This document shows, one piece after another, positions 37,405 through 46,461 of a DNA stretch of 64,000 nt. Location of the stretch: assembly GCA_038874135.1 (NCBI GenBank), contig JAVZCZ010000001.1:383097-447096 (forward strand), in the 5' to 3' direction. Made by a program: the position numbers and the translations under genes. The notes below the pieces were generated by a model. That model saw only the letters and a list, made by a program, of their open reading frames with translations. It did not search any database and was not told the DNA's origin. Origin of the DNA: Candidatus Woesearchaeota archaeon (GTDB lineage: Archaea; Nanobdellota; Nanobdellia; Woesearchaeales; 0-14-0-80-44-23). How positions within the stretch are numbered: position 1 is the first letter of the stretch; each line of letters starts with the position of its first letter.

Positions 37405-37504
37405 AGTGCCCTCTCCGGGAATTTCACCATAAAGCTCTGGTTTTGAACCCGGGTCATGGCCTCCGCAGGGCCATATCTTATCCAGACTGGACTAAGAGGG
37501 CACT
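37405..37504. ncRNA. candidate structured RNA (GC-rich, multi-stem) between the membrane-protein triplet and the vanX-like gene
   Basis: A 10-bp perfect closing stem agtgccctct/agagggcact encloses ccggg...cccgg (37415-37452) and the hairpin atggcc-tccgcag-ggccat (37456-37474). Confidence 0.35.
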
Positions 37505-37543
37505 GCAAATCAAGATTCGGGTTTAGATTAAATATTTTTTGGA

Positions 37544-38089
37544 TCACTTCATGTATGGCGGAGTGGTTAGAAGGAGAATTGCGAACATTGAAACTATAAG
37601 TATGAAGATTATGCCGAGCACCTTAGGATGAAATATTGCCTGAGCAACATTCTTTCCGTAGTCTGTGGCTTCTACAGAAGTTGTGTTTTGTGTTAAAGGC
37701 AAAAGCTTGTTGCCAAACACGGCAGCCAGTCCAACTGCAAAGATGAGGCACACAACAACTAAGAGGGCGATGTGCACTGGTCCCCAATGTTTCATCCCCT
37801 CTTTTATTGCTCCCTCTTCCATGCCTAAAAATCTGAGTCCTACCAGCATGAAGAATATGAAGAGCAGGAGAATAAAGAATAGGGGCATTATTGTTTTTAT
37901 TACATCCTGCGACTCGCTGGAGAGTATTACTAGAAAAGCAACTGCCATTGCAATCATAGCAATAAGATTGTTGCTATCTCCGAGAACTTTTGTGGTTTTT
38001 AGTATTGCATACACTAAGGTAAACACTAGTAGAAGTATGAAGATTGGAGAAAACTTGTCCAGAAAGAATATTTCTAAAAATGTTGCCAT
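37544..38089 (-). CDS. polytopic membrane protein, tandem paralog 3 of 3
   Basis: The N-terminus MATFLEIFFLDKFSPIFILLLVFTLVYAILKTTKVLG aligns with the two upstream genes. Confidence 0.6.
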   Translation of the reverse strand: MATFLEIFFLDKFSPIFILLLVFTLVYAILKTTKVLGDSNNLIAMIAMAVAFLVILSSESQDVIKTIMPLFFILLLFIFFMLVGLRFLGMEEGAIKEGMKHWGPVHIALLVVVCLIFAVGLAAVFGNKLLPLTQNTTSVEATDYGKNVAQAIFHPKVLGIIFILIVSMFAILLLTTPPYMK

Positions 38090-38108
38090 ATTCGCTGCGC
38101 CTTTTTAT

Positions 38109-38696
38109 TTATTTGTTATAGTGCTCAAATGATTTTCCAATGTCGTCCCACATCTTTTTGAAAGCGCTGTCCCCCTGAGGCTTTCCCGGCTCTGCAGTTA
38201 TCGCCCAAACTATCACTCCAAATACTAAAAGTGCTACCACTACTGCCACTGTCTCAGGATTGGCTGCCACTGCCGAAAACGCCCTTGAACCAAACCAGCC
38301 AGCTGCTGAGCCGAATATGATTATTATTGCTGCCAGCGAGAATATTACTATGGCTCCTCTCATACTGCTGCCCTCTCCAGTGTAGCGTATGCCCCAAGCC
38401 CCTATGAGCAGGAGAACCATTATAACTGCCACGATGATTGCAGTAACATTGGGTATTGCTTCATTTATTATTTCCACAACATCCGCTCCTGGAGGATAGC
38501 CGCCTGTAACGTGAGGTATTACTACTGTTAATGCGAGCACGAGGGATACTACCACATTAATGTTTTTTCTATCCTTTCCAAAAAGGTTTATGTTGCTCAG
38601 AACTGCAAAAAGTATTGCAAATATAAGGGTGAATGGCAGAAGCACATCCATAAGACCCATGCTTTCAAACGCGATTAACACTTCTTTAAAATCCAT
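38109..38696 (-). CDS. polytopic membrane protein, tandem paralog 2 of 3
   Basis: MDFKEVLIAFESMGLMDVLLPFTLIFAILFAVLSNINLFG..., followed by four or five hydrophobic spans. Confidence 0.6.
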   Translation of the reverse strand: MDFKEVLIAFESMGLMDVLLPFTLIFAILFAVLSNINLFGKDRKNINVVVSLVLALTVVIPHVTGGYPPGADVVEIINEAIPNVTAIIVAVIMVLLLIGAWGIRYTGEGSSMRGAIVIFSLAAIIIIFGSAAGWFGSRAFSAVAANPETVAVVVALLVFGVIVWAITAEPGKPQGDSAFKKMWDDIGKSFEHYNK

Positions 38697-38702
38697 TTTT
38701 CA

Positions 38703-39278
38703 TCACCCTTCTTTTTTTGGACTTGAAGTTATAAATGCTATTGCTCCTATCATGAGGCCCAGCAGCACTATTGTGCCTACAACGTCATTATTTACGCCTG
38801 AACTGCCAACTAGTGCGTTGCGTATTCCTGTGAAGATTATTGAAAGCACGCTCTGCCCTGAGGAGAGCTTAAATGCATTTAGGAATATCAGCACTATGCC
38901 TACAAACATTATAACCATAAATAGGTTCTTCCAGCCGCCTTCCAGGAAGACTCCTTCACTCGTTTGCTTTTGAAATGAGCCGACAAGAATTAGGAAGAGC
39001 ACTGAAAGCACTAGCAGAAGCACTGAGTTGGAGACTGTCTCGTTTATCATTGCAACTAGGCGAGTAGAGCCCACCACTAAGAGAGAAGTTACGAATGCTA
39101 CCATGGAGTTGAGGTTTTTTCTGCTGTACTTCTTTCCTCCAATCTCTTCGTATCCTAAGACAAGCGTCTTTTCTAATATGCCAAACACTAAGGTGAAAAC
39201 TAGAAGCATTGGAAGGATAACATCATAAACTCCGAGTTGGTCAAGAAAGCTTATGGTTTCTCTCAAGTTGGATGCCAT
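38703..39278 (-). CDS. polytopic membrane protein, tandem paralog 1 of 3
   Basis: MASNLRETISFLDQLGVYDVILPMLLVFTLVFGILEKTLVLG..., with the same layout as the two downstream genes. Confidence 0.6.
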   Translation of the reverse strand: MASNLRETISFLDQLGVYDVILPMLLVFTLVFGILEKTLVLGYEEIGGKKYSRKNLNSMVAFVTSLLVVGSTRLVAMINETVSNSVLLLVLSVLFLILVGSFQKQTSEGVFLEGGWKNLFMVIMFVGIVLIFLNAFKLSSGQSVLSIIFTGIRNALVGSSGVNNDVVGTIVLLGLMIGAIAFITSSPKKEG

Positions 39279-39348
39279 CTTACCCGATTTTTAGCCCTTA
39301 TCAATATTTAAATCTTTTGTTTTTAAAAAAAGATTTTTGGAATAGAAC

Positions 39349-40494
39349 TCATAGGAACTTTAGCTCAACTTCCAGCTGGTCAAATGTTGGGTATTGGTGC
39401 ACTTCAGTAGGAACTGCGCCCATCTCCTTTATTGTTTCACTTAACTGTTCCACTATTGGAAGGGCTGTAATTATGCGGAGTTTTAATTTGTCTACTTTTA
39501 TGAAGGAAGCAGGAATCTTATATTCTTTGATTAGAGCACTTCGTATTCTGTTAAGCCGTCTAAGTATTTTCTGCATTTCAGTTTTGCTAATCCTGGCAAG
39601 TTCTGCAGTATAGGCAAAATTCGGTTTTAGTTCTGGAAGGTATATTGCCCCTCTGATTAGTATTCCCTCGTTGTTGATTATGTCAAATTTTTCTGAAGAT
39701 TTCTTGGCTCTGAGCTTTATCCTGTTGGCAAGCTGTACTGCATCCTTCAGCTTGGCAGTGCAGTAGTGCACTGAGAACTTCTTTCTTATGCAGTGCCTCA
39801 TTATTCTTAGCGCAGTCTGCTCGCTTCCGGCTATTGCATATGAAATTTCATCTTTGGGATGGAACCTTCTAAGTAGCATTGCTCCCGCATTTGTATCTGA
39901 GATTTCCAGCTCATTAAGATTGAGAAACTTAATCTTTCCATCAAGGTAGTCAATCAGCCTAAATATTCTCTTTTCTTCCCCTGGAATTGCAGGGATTTCT
40001 ACTCCTACATCCCAGTTGAACTTCTGTGCTGCTGAAATTTTATGCCAGTACTTATCACAATAAATGTCAGGATGGAACCTTATCTCATCTAAGCCGGCTT
40101 TATGAAGTAGCCTCAGCTTTTTTTCATCCACTAGCTCCAGAGGTGCGTATAGGTGTATGTGAAATTCTTTACCGAAATGTCTTTTAAGAAGTCTGATGTA
40201 GCGGACAGTTCTCCCTATTACTAGAATTGGATCTCCGCCTGTGATGCTGGCTGAAGTAGCACTAGAGATTTTTGCCTCTTCAACTATCTCATAATCTTTG
40301 ACAATTGGTCTTTCGTTTGCGAAGATTACATCCTTGTTTTTCTTGCTGTCAGAAAGGGGGCAGTAGTAGCACTGCCTGCTGCATAGCCCTGTAACAAATA
40401 GCACTAACTTTCTTCCCTTCACGCAGAACCTGCAGCCCCTGCTGAGCCTTCCTATGCTCTTAGAATAGTAACCAGTATTTGTTATACGCCGCAT
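39349..40494 (-). CDS. radical SAM protein (PflA-related, function unknown)
   Basis: CxxxCxxC cluster GLCSRQCYYCPLS, preceded by GCRFC, and a GGDP block. Confidence 0.7.
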   Translation of the reverse strand: MRRITNTGYYSKSIGRLSRGCRFCVKGRKLVLFVTGLCSRQCYYCPLSDSKKNKDVIFANERPIVKDYEIVEEAKISSATSASITGGDPILVIGRTVRYIRLLKRHFGKEFHIHLYAPLELVDEKKLRLLHKAGLDEIRFHPDIYCDKYWHKISAAQKFNWDVGVEIPAIPGEEKRIFRLIDYLDGKIKFLNLNELEISDTNAGAMLLRRFHPKDEISYAIAGSEQTALRIMRHCIRKKFSVHYCTAKLKDAVQLANRIKLRAKKSSEKFDIINNEGILIRGAIYLPELKPNFAYTAELARISKTEMQKILRRLNRIRSALIKEYKIPASFIKVDKLKLRIITALPIVEQLSETIKEMGAVPTEVHQYPTFDQLEVELKFL

Positions 40495-40519
40495 GCACTA
40501 AGGAATCTTTAATCAGCAT

Positions 40520-41365
40520 TTAAATTATTGCTTTTTTTGTACGGTTTATAAGAGCGTAGATACTTTTCCAACTTTTTACATAGAAGTCCGAAGCGTTTAT
40601 CACTCCCATTGTAGGCTTATTTATTGCTATTTTTATTGTATTCTTTCTTCCGAAAATGTTCTCTGCTGCACTAAGCATTTCAAGGTCTTCATCAGCATTT
40701 AGAAAGAGCACTGCTCCTTCCAGAGATTCAGCACTTTGAATAAGAAATTTTTTCTTCTGGTAAGAATCAACTACTTTTCCGAGAATGCCTAAGATTCTTC
40801 CATCTCTTTCCAACAATTTGGTAGCATAAGCCTCAATGTGAAAAATGTTTTCCCCAATTTTCTTTACATATTCTTCCAAAACAGGATAAAAGGTTGTGCT
40901 TATGAGAACTGTTTTTTTATAATTTCTTGATATTTGAGAGAGGGTACTTATTGAGTAAGGATATGAAAAACGGCTTATGCTGCGAGCAGCGGCATGAACC
41001 TCTTCATAATAGAATCTTGTAAGGACTCTTTCGGAGAACTCTTCAACTATGCTTAGTAAGTCTTGTTCTCTTTCCAACCTTTTAATGCCCATCTTATAAG
41101 CCAAAACTTTAGAAGTGAAATAAACTCCATCAGCAGCATAGTTAAGCACACTATCTATTCCATGCTTAATTGCATAGGGTAGCAGAAGAAATGCCAGGTC
41201 AGCACTACTAGAATTATAAAATAGTCCGTTGAACATTCCCCTATGGATGGTGCCGTCCAAGTCAAGGAACAACCCAATTTCCCTGCCTTCAGAGTTGAGC
41301 AGTATCCCTTCCAAGTCCTTTTCAGAGTAGCTGTCTGAAAATATTCCTGGAAATATCTCTATCAT
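40520..41365 (-). CDS. HAD-superfamily-like hydrolase, hypothetical
   Basis: Motif I-like LFLDLDGTIHRG near the N-terminus. The remainder was not recognised. Confidence 0.4.
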   Translation of the reverse strand: MIEIFPGIFSDSYSEKDLEGILLNSEGREIGLFLDLDGTIHRGMFNGLFYNSSSADLAFLLLPYAIKHGIDSVLNYAADGVYFTSKVLAYKMGIKRLEREQDLLSIVEEFSERVLTRFYYEEVHAAARSISRFSYPYSISTLSQISRNYKKTVLISTTFYPVLEEYVKKIGENIFHIEAYATKLLERDGRILGILGKVVDSYQKKKFLIQSAESLEGAVLFLNADEDLEMLSAAENIFGRKNTIKIAINKPTMGVINASDFYVKSWKSIYALINRTKKAII

Positions 41366-41481
41366 AATAGAAGGAATATTGCTTTAATTTTTAAAACCTT
41401 TCAAGAAAAACAAAAAATTAGTCACTATTTAGTGATTACAAAAACGAAAGATTTATAAAATAGTTTGTCTTCCACAGGTTT

Positions 41482-42210
41482 ATGAGTGCTCAAACAACAA
41501 ACTTGGATGAATTGGTGAGAGATTGCCACACTTTACTCTATAAGAAGAAAGGAGCTGGATACAACAAAATTGTAATATTGACTGAAACAGCAATGGATGG
41601 AATGAACATGCTCAGGGAGGAATGCCGAGACATAGAAAAAAATTTTGGAAGGTTTTACGAATTCCCAGCTCTTCTTAAAGGTTATTATTTAAATAATAAC
41701 ATGATAGTAGTTACCGGATATACTCTTCCCGCAACATTTCAGCCTATAAACTCTGAAAGGGAGTTAGAAAAAGTTTTAAAGAAAGGAACAGAACCTGATT
41801 GCATCTTAGTAAGTACTAACAATAAGCACTATATTAAAATTTCAGACTCTTATGTTGCAAGAGCGTGGGCTGAGGCACTTAAAGATGGCAATGAAATAGT
41901 TGGTTTGGACCATGTGCATCCCTCATCTCCAGTGCCTTCCCCTAAGGATTTGAAATTTGTTGCCAGTGGGAAAATTCAGGAAGGCACAAAGAACAGAATC
42001 CTGATAGTCCAGTCCGGATCATCAGAAGCATACGAAGCTTATTGGGTAAATCCTGAACATATCAATAAGATTAGAAACATATTAGATATGATTACCCTTA
42101 AAGAAAAAGGAATTATGATGGACTTATTCTCACCGGTGAAGAAGACGAGTGACAAGAACGAAATTGAATACATATTAAGACAAGCATATACTCTGAATCA
42201 GCTCAGATAA
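41482..42210 (+). CDS. JAB/MPN-like metalloprotease-fold protein, hypothetical
   Basis: GLDHVHPSSPVPSPKD resembles the JAMM HxH...S..D motif (spacing one residue shorter). An upstream Glu context (YEFPALLKG) is present. Confidence 0.4.
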   Translation: MSAQTTNLDELVRDCHTLLYKKKGAGYNKIVILTETAMDGMNMLREECRDIEKNFGRFYEFPALLKGYYLNNNMIVVTGYTLPATFQPINSERELEKVLKKGTEPDCILVSTNNKHYIKISDSYVARAWAEALKDGNEIVGLDHVHPSSPVPSPKDLKFVASGKIQEGTKNRILIVQSGSSEAYEAYWVNPEHINKIRNILDMITLKEKGIMMDLFSPVKKTSDKNEIEYILRQAYTLNQLR

Positions 42211-42961
42211 AAACCCGCTGGTAGTTTGAATAAAGGATTTTGGCAACTTCTTCCTTGTCCATCCCTTTTATCTCAGCAACCTTGCCTATTGTCTCAGTTA
42301 TAAAAGCGGGCTCGTTCTCCCTTCCGGGATGTGGGCTTAGAAATGGGGAGTCCGTCTCGGTTAAAATGCGTGAGAGGGGAAGCTGTTTTGCCATCTCTTG
42401 AAAGTGTTTGCTCCTCACAATGTTAGTCGGTATTGAAAACATAAAACCCAAATCAAAACCCCTTTTTAGCAAGTTTTTGCTGCCTGAGAAGCAGTGAAGA
42501 ATTACCTTCTGATTAGAATATGAAGAGAGTATATCCATGCATTCTTTCTCTGCTTCACGCGTGTGCACTATCACCGGCTTTTTAATCCTCTGAGCAAGTT
42601 CCAGTTCCTTCTCAAATAGAAGTCTCTGCCTATGCCTTTCTGCTTCTTCTTTTATCCAGTGAAAGTCCAGGCCTATCTCCCCAACTGCTACTATTTTGTT
42701 CCTGTTCTCTTCTATGAAATGCAGTTCTGAATCAATTTGAGAATCTGAAAACTGCCTAATAAACTCAGGATGAAGTCCCAGAGCGGCATTTACTATTTTG
42801 AACTCTTCTGCAAATTTCAAAGACTTCCTGTTTGTTTCAGGAGTGGTGCCATTAGTTATTATCACCTTAACTCCTGCAGACTCAGCACTTTTTACTACTT
42901 CAGCTACCCTATTCTCGGTTTTGTAATAATCCAGGTGCGCATGCACGTCAGCTATTAACAT
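42203..42961 (-). CDS. tatD: TatD family metal-dependent hydrolase/DNase
   Basis: LIADVHAHLD, GEIGLDFH, VIVHTREA, HCFSG, TETDSPFL. Confidence 0.85.
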   Translation of the reverse strand: MLIADVHAHLDYYKTENRVAEVVKSAESAGVKVIITNGTTPETNRKSLKFAEEFKIVNAALGLHPEFIRQFSDSQIDSELHFIEENRNKIVAVGEIGLDFHWIKEEAERHRQRLLFEKELELAQRIKKPVIVHTREAEKECMDILSSYSNQKVILHCFSGSKNLLKRGFDLGFMFSIPTNIVRSKHFQEMAKQLPLSRILTETDSPFLSPHPGRENEPAFITETIGKVAEIKGMDKEEVAKILYSNYQRVFI

Positions 42962-42999
42962 TTTTGAAAGAAATCTGCTAAGGCTTTAAAAGGTTTTCA

Positions 43000-43485
43000 T
43001 TACTTAACATACTCCCTAGTCCAGTTTATAACAACATCCCGTGGTCCCATCTTATAGATTGTGAACCTAATGTTTGCAACCATCTTCTTACCAAGGGCTT
43101 TTTGGATTAGGTAGAATAGCCCAGTTCTTTCAGATAGATCTATAGCCTGCATTGAAGCAGAACATAATTTAATACTTAAGCAGTGAGCATCTTCTTCTTT
43201 CAACTTGAGGCAGAGCTGGTTTCCCGAGCCCTCACTGCCGTCCTCATCTGCCACATAGAGCTTTTCAACGCTGAATGGCAGTATATAATTTTTTGAAATC
43301 TTATCATATGAGCCGCCCAGGCAGACCCTGCTCACTGAAAGCTCTAAGTCTTCAAAGTTTTCAAAAGCCTGATTCTTCTCCTGCTGTGCAAGGTATCTTG
43401 AAAAGAAGGTGTATGCTCCTCCAAACAGGAGTCCTCCAAGAAGTAATCCGGCTACTATCCACATCCAAATTTCAACTGACTCCAT
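43000..43485 (-). CDS. N-terminally anchored small protein, last gene of the pilin-like block
   Basis: N-terminal TM IWMWIVAGLLLGGLLFGGAYTFF, then a Cys-containing globular part. It lies 1 nt downstream of the preceding gene. Confidence 0.5.
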   Translation of the reverse strand: MESVEIWMWIVAGLLLGGLLFGGAYTFFSRYLAQQEKNQAFENFEDLELSVSRVCLGGSYDKISKNYILPFSVEKLYVADEDGSEGSGNQLCLKLKEEDAHCLSIKLCSASMQAIDLSERTGLFYLIQKALGKKMVANIRFTIYKMGPRDVVINWTREYVK

Positions 43486-43486
43486 T

Positions 43487-43924
43487 TCACTCTATCCTAA
43501 CCAATTTTTTCTGGTAATCGTAAGAGATTATCGCCTTGTTGCTGGAGTCAAATGTTATTTGAAAGTTCGTCATGCCTGCCTTTGTTAACGAATCGCTAAT
43601 CTGCTCCTTTCTGACTGAGCTGCAGTCCGCGGTTATAATGTAGCATATCGGCTCATTGCCTTGTTGAAGGCGGCCTTGCTTTCCGTTTTCGTTACAGAGA
43701 CGGGCGTGCTTCACAATCTCACTTAGGAATTCGCTGCATGTAACATTTATTTTTTGTATGTCCCCTACTGGCTGTTCTGAACCGCATTCACCTGTTAGTC
43801 TGCAGATGAACTTCTGCGCACTTAGGCTGTTCTTCGCAATTATGCCGATTACTACGAAGACGGTTATTGTTGCCAGAAATATCAAAAAAGCGTATTGTAT
43901 GGTCATATCTGCTCTTCTTTTCAT
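43487..43924 (-). CDS. pilin-like protein (class III signal-like N-terminus), Cys-containing
   Basis: MKRRA|DMTIQYAFLIFLATITVFVVIGIIA. The tail (...ICYIITADCS...AIISYDYQKKLVRIE) resembles the C-terminal module of the large paralogs. Confidence 0.5.
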   Translation of the reverse strand: MKRRADMTIQYAFLIFLATITVFVVIGIIAKNSLSAQKFICRLTGECGSEQPVGDIQKINVTCSEFLSEIVKHARLCNENGKQGRLQQGNEPICYIITADCSSVRKEQISDSLTKAGMTNFQITFDSSNKAIISYDYQKKLVRIE

Positions 43925-43926
43925 TA

Positions 43927-44337
43927 TTACACCCTGCTGAAAACATCTAGCAGTTCTCTTAACATTGGAAGTATGAAGAAGTAGATTACTGCTCCCGTTA
44001 TTATTAGAGCTATTAAAATCAGTCCATATTTTAAGAGCGGATTCAGCTGCTCATTCTTTTCAACTAACTCTTCCTTAGGCTTTTCAAGTTCTATTTTCAC
44101 TGTTACTTCACTTTTTTTCTCCTGAGGCTCTTCAACCTTTTCCTGCTCTCTCTTTTCTTTGAGCGAATTTTCCTGTCTCAACTTTATTGTTATATCATCT
44201 TGGGATAGTTTTTGAGCGTTTCCAAAATGGTCAATCTCGTATATTCTGGACAGTGCTGACTCTTTTGAGAACTCATACGCTTCACGAAGTGTTTCAAATT
44301 CCCTTCTGCCCTTTTCACTGGATACCACATATGTCAT
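43927..44337 (-). CDS. tail-anchored E/K-rich protein, hypothetical
   Basis: Soluble N-terminus, a charged repeat region, and a single C-terminal TM YGLILIALIITGAVIYFFIL. Confidence 0.45.
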   Translation of the reverse strand: MTYVVSSEKGRREFETLREAYEFSKESALSRIYEIDHFGNAQKLSQDDITIKLRQENSLKEKREQEKVEEPQEKKSEVTVKIELEKPKEELVEKNEQLNPLLKYGLILIALIITGAVIYFFILPMLRELLDVFSRV

Positions 44338-44338
44338 T

Positions 44339-46456
44339 CTAGGTCACTACAACCTGGCGTTTAGTTGAATCGTATTCAACAAGTATGTTTGTATTTGTAT
44401 TTATATCTTTTGTGAAATTTATGTTGTCCGAATCTCCGCAGCCGTACTCCGAATCTCCAATTATGTGACACCATTGTCTATCCATCAGAATTTTTGCAAT
44501 GTCCCTCTCAGTTACTGCCCTTATGAAGTTATATTCTCGCGGCACTCCCAGTTCTGAGCAGAAGAAACTTGTTTTCTCCTGCCCGTATCTTGACTTGCGC
44601 CAGCAGTCTGCAATTGCTGAAACTATCTCCTCTTTAACAGGATACTTCGTATAGCTGAGTTTAAGATCGTCTGCTATCAGCTGAGTTGGGCCTGCTGTGC
44701 TAATCTTAAATGTAAATGTACAGTAGTCAGATGAACAGCTTTTTTCAAGCTCTTTAATTTCATCTGTCAAAGAAACTGTTTTTGACTCAGCATTTAAGTT
44801 TGTAGCTGTCATTACATCTTTACCTTCAATAGACAAGGTTACCCCTTCTGCTTTTATGTCGTAGACGATTTTTAGGTGGCTAATGCTAATTGTGCCGTCC
44901 CTTCCAGAGGACACTTCTAAAGGTATTATGCAGTTGCCTTCCTCATCTGGAGAGCATTCTGAGAGAGCTCTCTGCAGGGAATTTACAAAACCCTGCCCTG
45001 AAACCTTCCACGGAGAATTCACATTGTTTAGCTCGTCTTGGCGGTAGGCAAATTGTACTCCTGAAATGGAAAGCCCTATCTGGTTTGGATAGTTTGAGAT
45101 AACCATCTGCTTAACTGCCTCTGCTAATGCTGCCTCATCCCTAAATCCAAAGATTTTCCCCCCTGTAGAGGAAGCCAGCCTTTTCATCATACTAATTATC
45201 TGCCTACAATTGTTAATCACAACCTCGTTACAGTTTGGCGCTTGAACATTTATGCAGCTATAGGGATGTGAAGGACAGCATCCATCATAACAGCCTGGCC
45301 CGCTTCCTATGCTGAAGCCTTCTGGAGTGGTGCTGTCATCGTCTCCATAAACAACATTAACAAATATATTGTTCTGCTGAGCCTTCTGTATTGCCCTGTC
45401 GATTACTTCTTCCTCGTTTCCACTCATAGATACTGGCGTGGGGTATTTAGGAGGCGCATCATTAGAGCAGGGGCTGAATACAACTGATTGATAAACAGCC
45501 CCGTTGGGGTCCGAGTCGCTTATGAGGATTTCAATCCTCTTCGCATCTGAGAGCCAAGCATCTTCACCTTCTATCTGCGAGGATAGATAGTAAGATGCTA
45601 CACCCCAAGCTTCAGACGGCTGGTCTAAACCTATAGTTGAGTATGAACAACCAGCTGAAGAAAAGGAAAATTGGCATGTATTCATTGGAAGGCCTGTTTC
45701 TCTGAGTTGGTCGTATGTTATTTTCAGGTTCTTCGCTGGAATGGGACAGTTTTTTGCCACATTGGTTTTTCCGCACGGGTCTCCAACGCCGATTGCGTAG
45801 ACTCTAACTCTGTACTCTTCTATGTGCATTGCTGACAAGATTTTTGAAATATTACTTACTATTGAGCATACTGCACTCCACTCGTTAGTCATGCTTCCTG
45901 AAATGTCTATTGCAAAAGCGATATCGGTCTTTGTTGGATAGTTGCTTCCGTAAAGCTCTATGGAAGCATTTTTTATTATTGCATATTTTGGAATTTTTAT
46001 TAAGGCCGTGTTGGTTCCCCCTCTCAATGGATAGGGTGGCAGAGTAATGTTTGTTTCTCCAGAAGCAAAGGTTCTGAGCACAATGTTGTGAGGGGCCCCT
46101 ATAACTATTGAAGCGTTTTGAAGAATTGCATCCCTGTCCACTGTTATCTGAAAGGTCCGTTCAAGACGAGAATTACTGAATCCTAAGATTTTAGTGCTGC
46201 TCCCGTCTGAAAACTCAGATGATATAATCTGTTCTGCCTTTATGATTTTGACATCGTGAGGCCCAACGCCTGCGCAGAAGCTGTCCATTCGCGTGTTGTA
46301 AAAACGGGGAACATACTTGTGTGCAAGTTTGCAGTAGAACTCCTTACCGCTCCTCATCTGAGCTCCAAGGGAAAGCATAAGGGCTATTGCAAGAATGGTT
46401 ATCACTATTGAGAATACTACATTTATTGCAAGCTCACCTCTTTTTTTTACAGACAT
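44339..46456 (-). CDS. large pilin-like protein with von Willebrand factor A domain (paralog A, 705 aa)
   Basis: Class III-like MSVKKRG|ELAINVVFSIVITILAIAL. MIDAS motif DIAFAIDISGSMT (vWA roughly nt 45107-45928). Shared motifs CSPDEEGNCIIPLEV and a C-terminal 4-Cys module. Confidence 0.65.
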   Translation of the reverse strand: MSVKKRGELAINVVFSIVITILAIALMLSLGAQMRSGKEFYCKLAHKYVPRFYNTRMDSFCAGVGPHDVKIIKAEQIISSEFSDGSSTKILGFSNSRLERTFQITVDRDAILQNASIVIGAPHNIVLRTFASGETNITLPPYPLRGGTNTALIKIPKYAIIKNASIELYGSNYPTKTDIAFAIDISGSMTNEWSAVCSIVSNISKILSAMHIEEYRVRVYAIGVGDPCGKTNVAKNCPIPAKNLKITYDQLRETGLPMNTCQFSFSSAGCSYSTIGLDQPSEAWGVASYYLSSQIEGEDAWLSDAKRIEILISDSDPNGAVYQSVVFSPCSNDAPPKYPTPVSMSGNEEEVIDRAIQKAQQNNIFVNVVYGDDDSTTPEGFSIGSGPGCYDGCCPSHPYSCINVQAPNCNEVVINNCRQIISMMKRLASSTGGKIFGFRDEAALAEAVKQMVISNYPNQIGLSISGVQFAYRQDELNNVNSPWKVSGQGFVNSLQRALSECSPDEEGNCIIPLEVSSGRDGTISISHLKIVYDIKAEGVTLSIEGKDVMTATNLNAESKTVSLTDEIKELEKSCSSDYCTFTFKISTAGPTQLIADDLKLSYTKYPVKEEIVSAIADCWRKSRYGQEKTSFFCSELGVPREYNFIRAVTERDIAKILMDRQWCHIIGDSEYGCGDSDNINFTKDINTNTNILVEYDSTKRQVVVT

Positions 46457-46461
46457 GTCAA

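Noticed and set aside
37362-37547. 61-aa track ORF between the vanX-like gene and the membrane triplet
   Set aside because: It overlaps the ends of both neighbours, has no motif, and spans the GC-rich stem-loop element. It is probably not coding.
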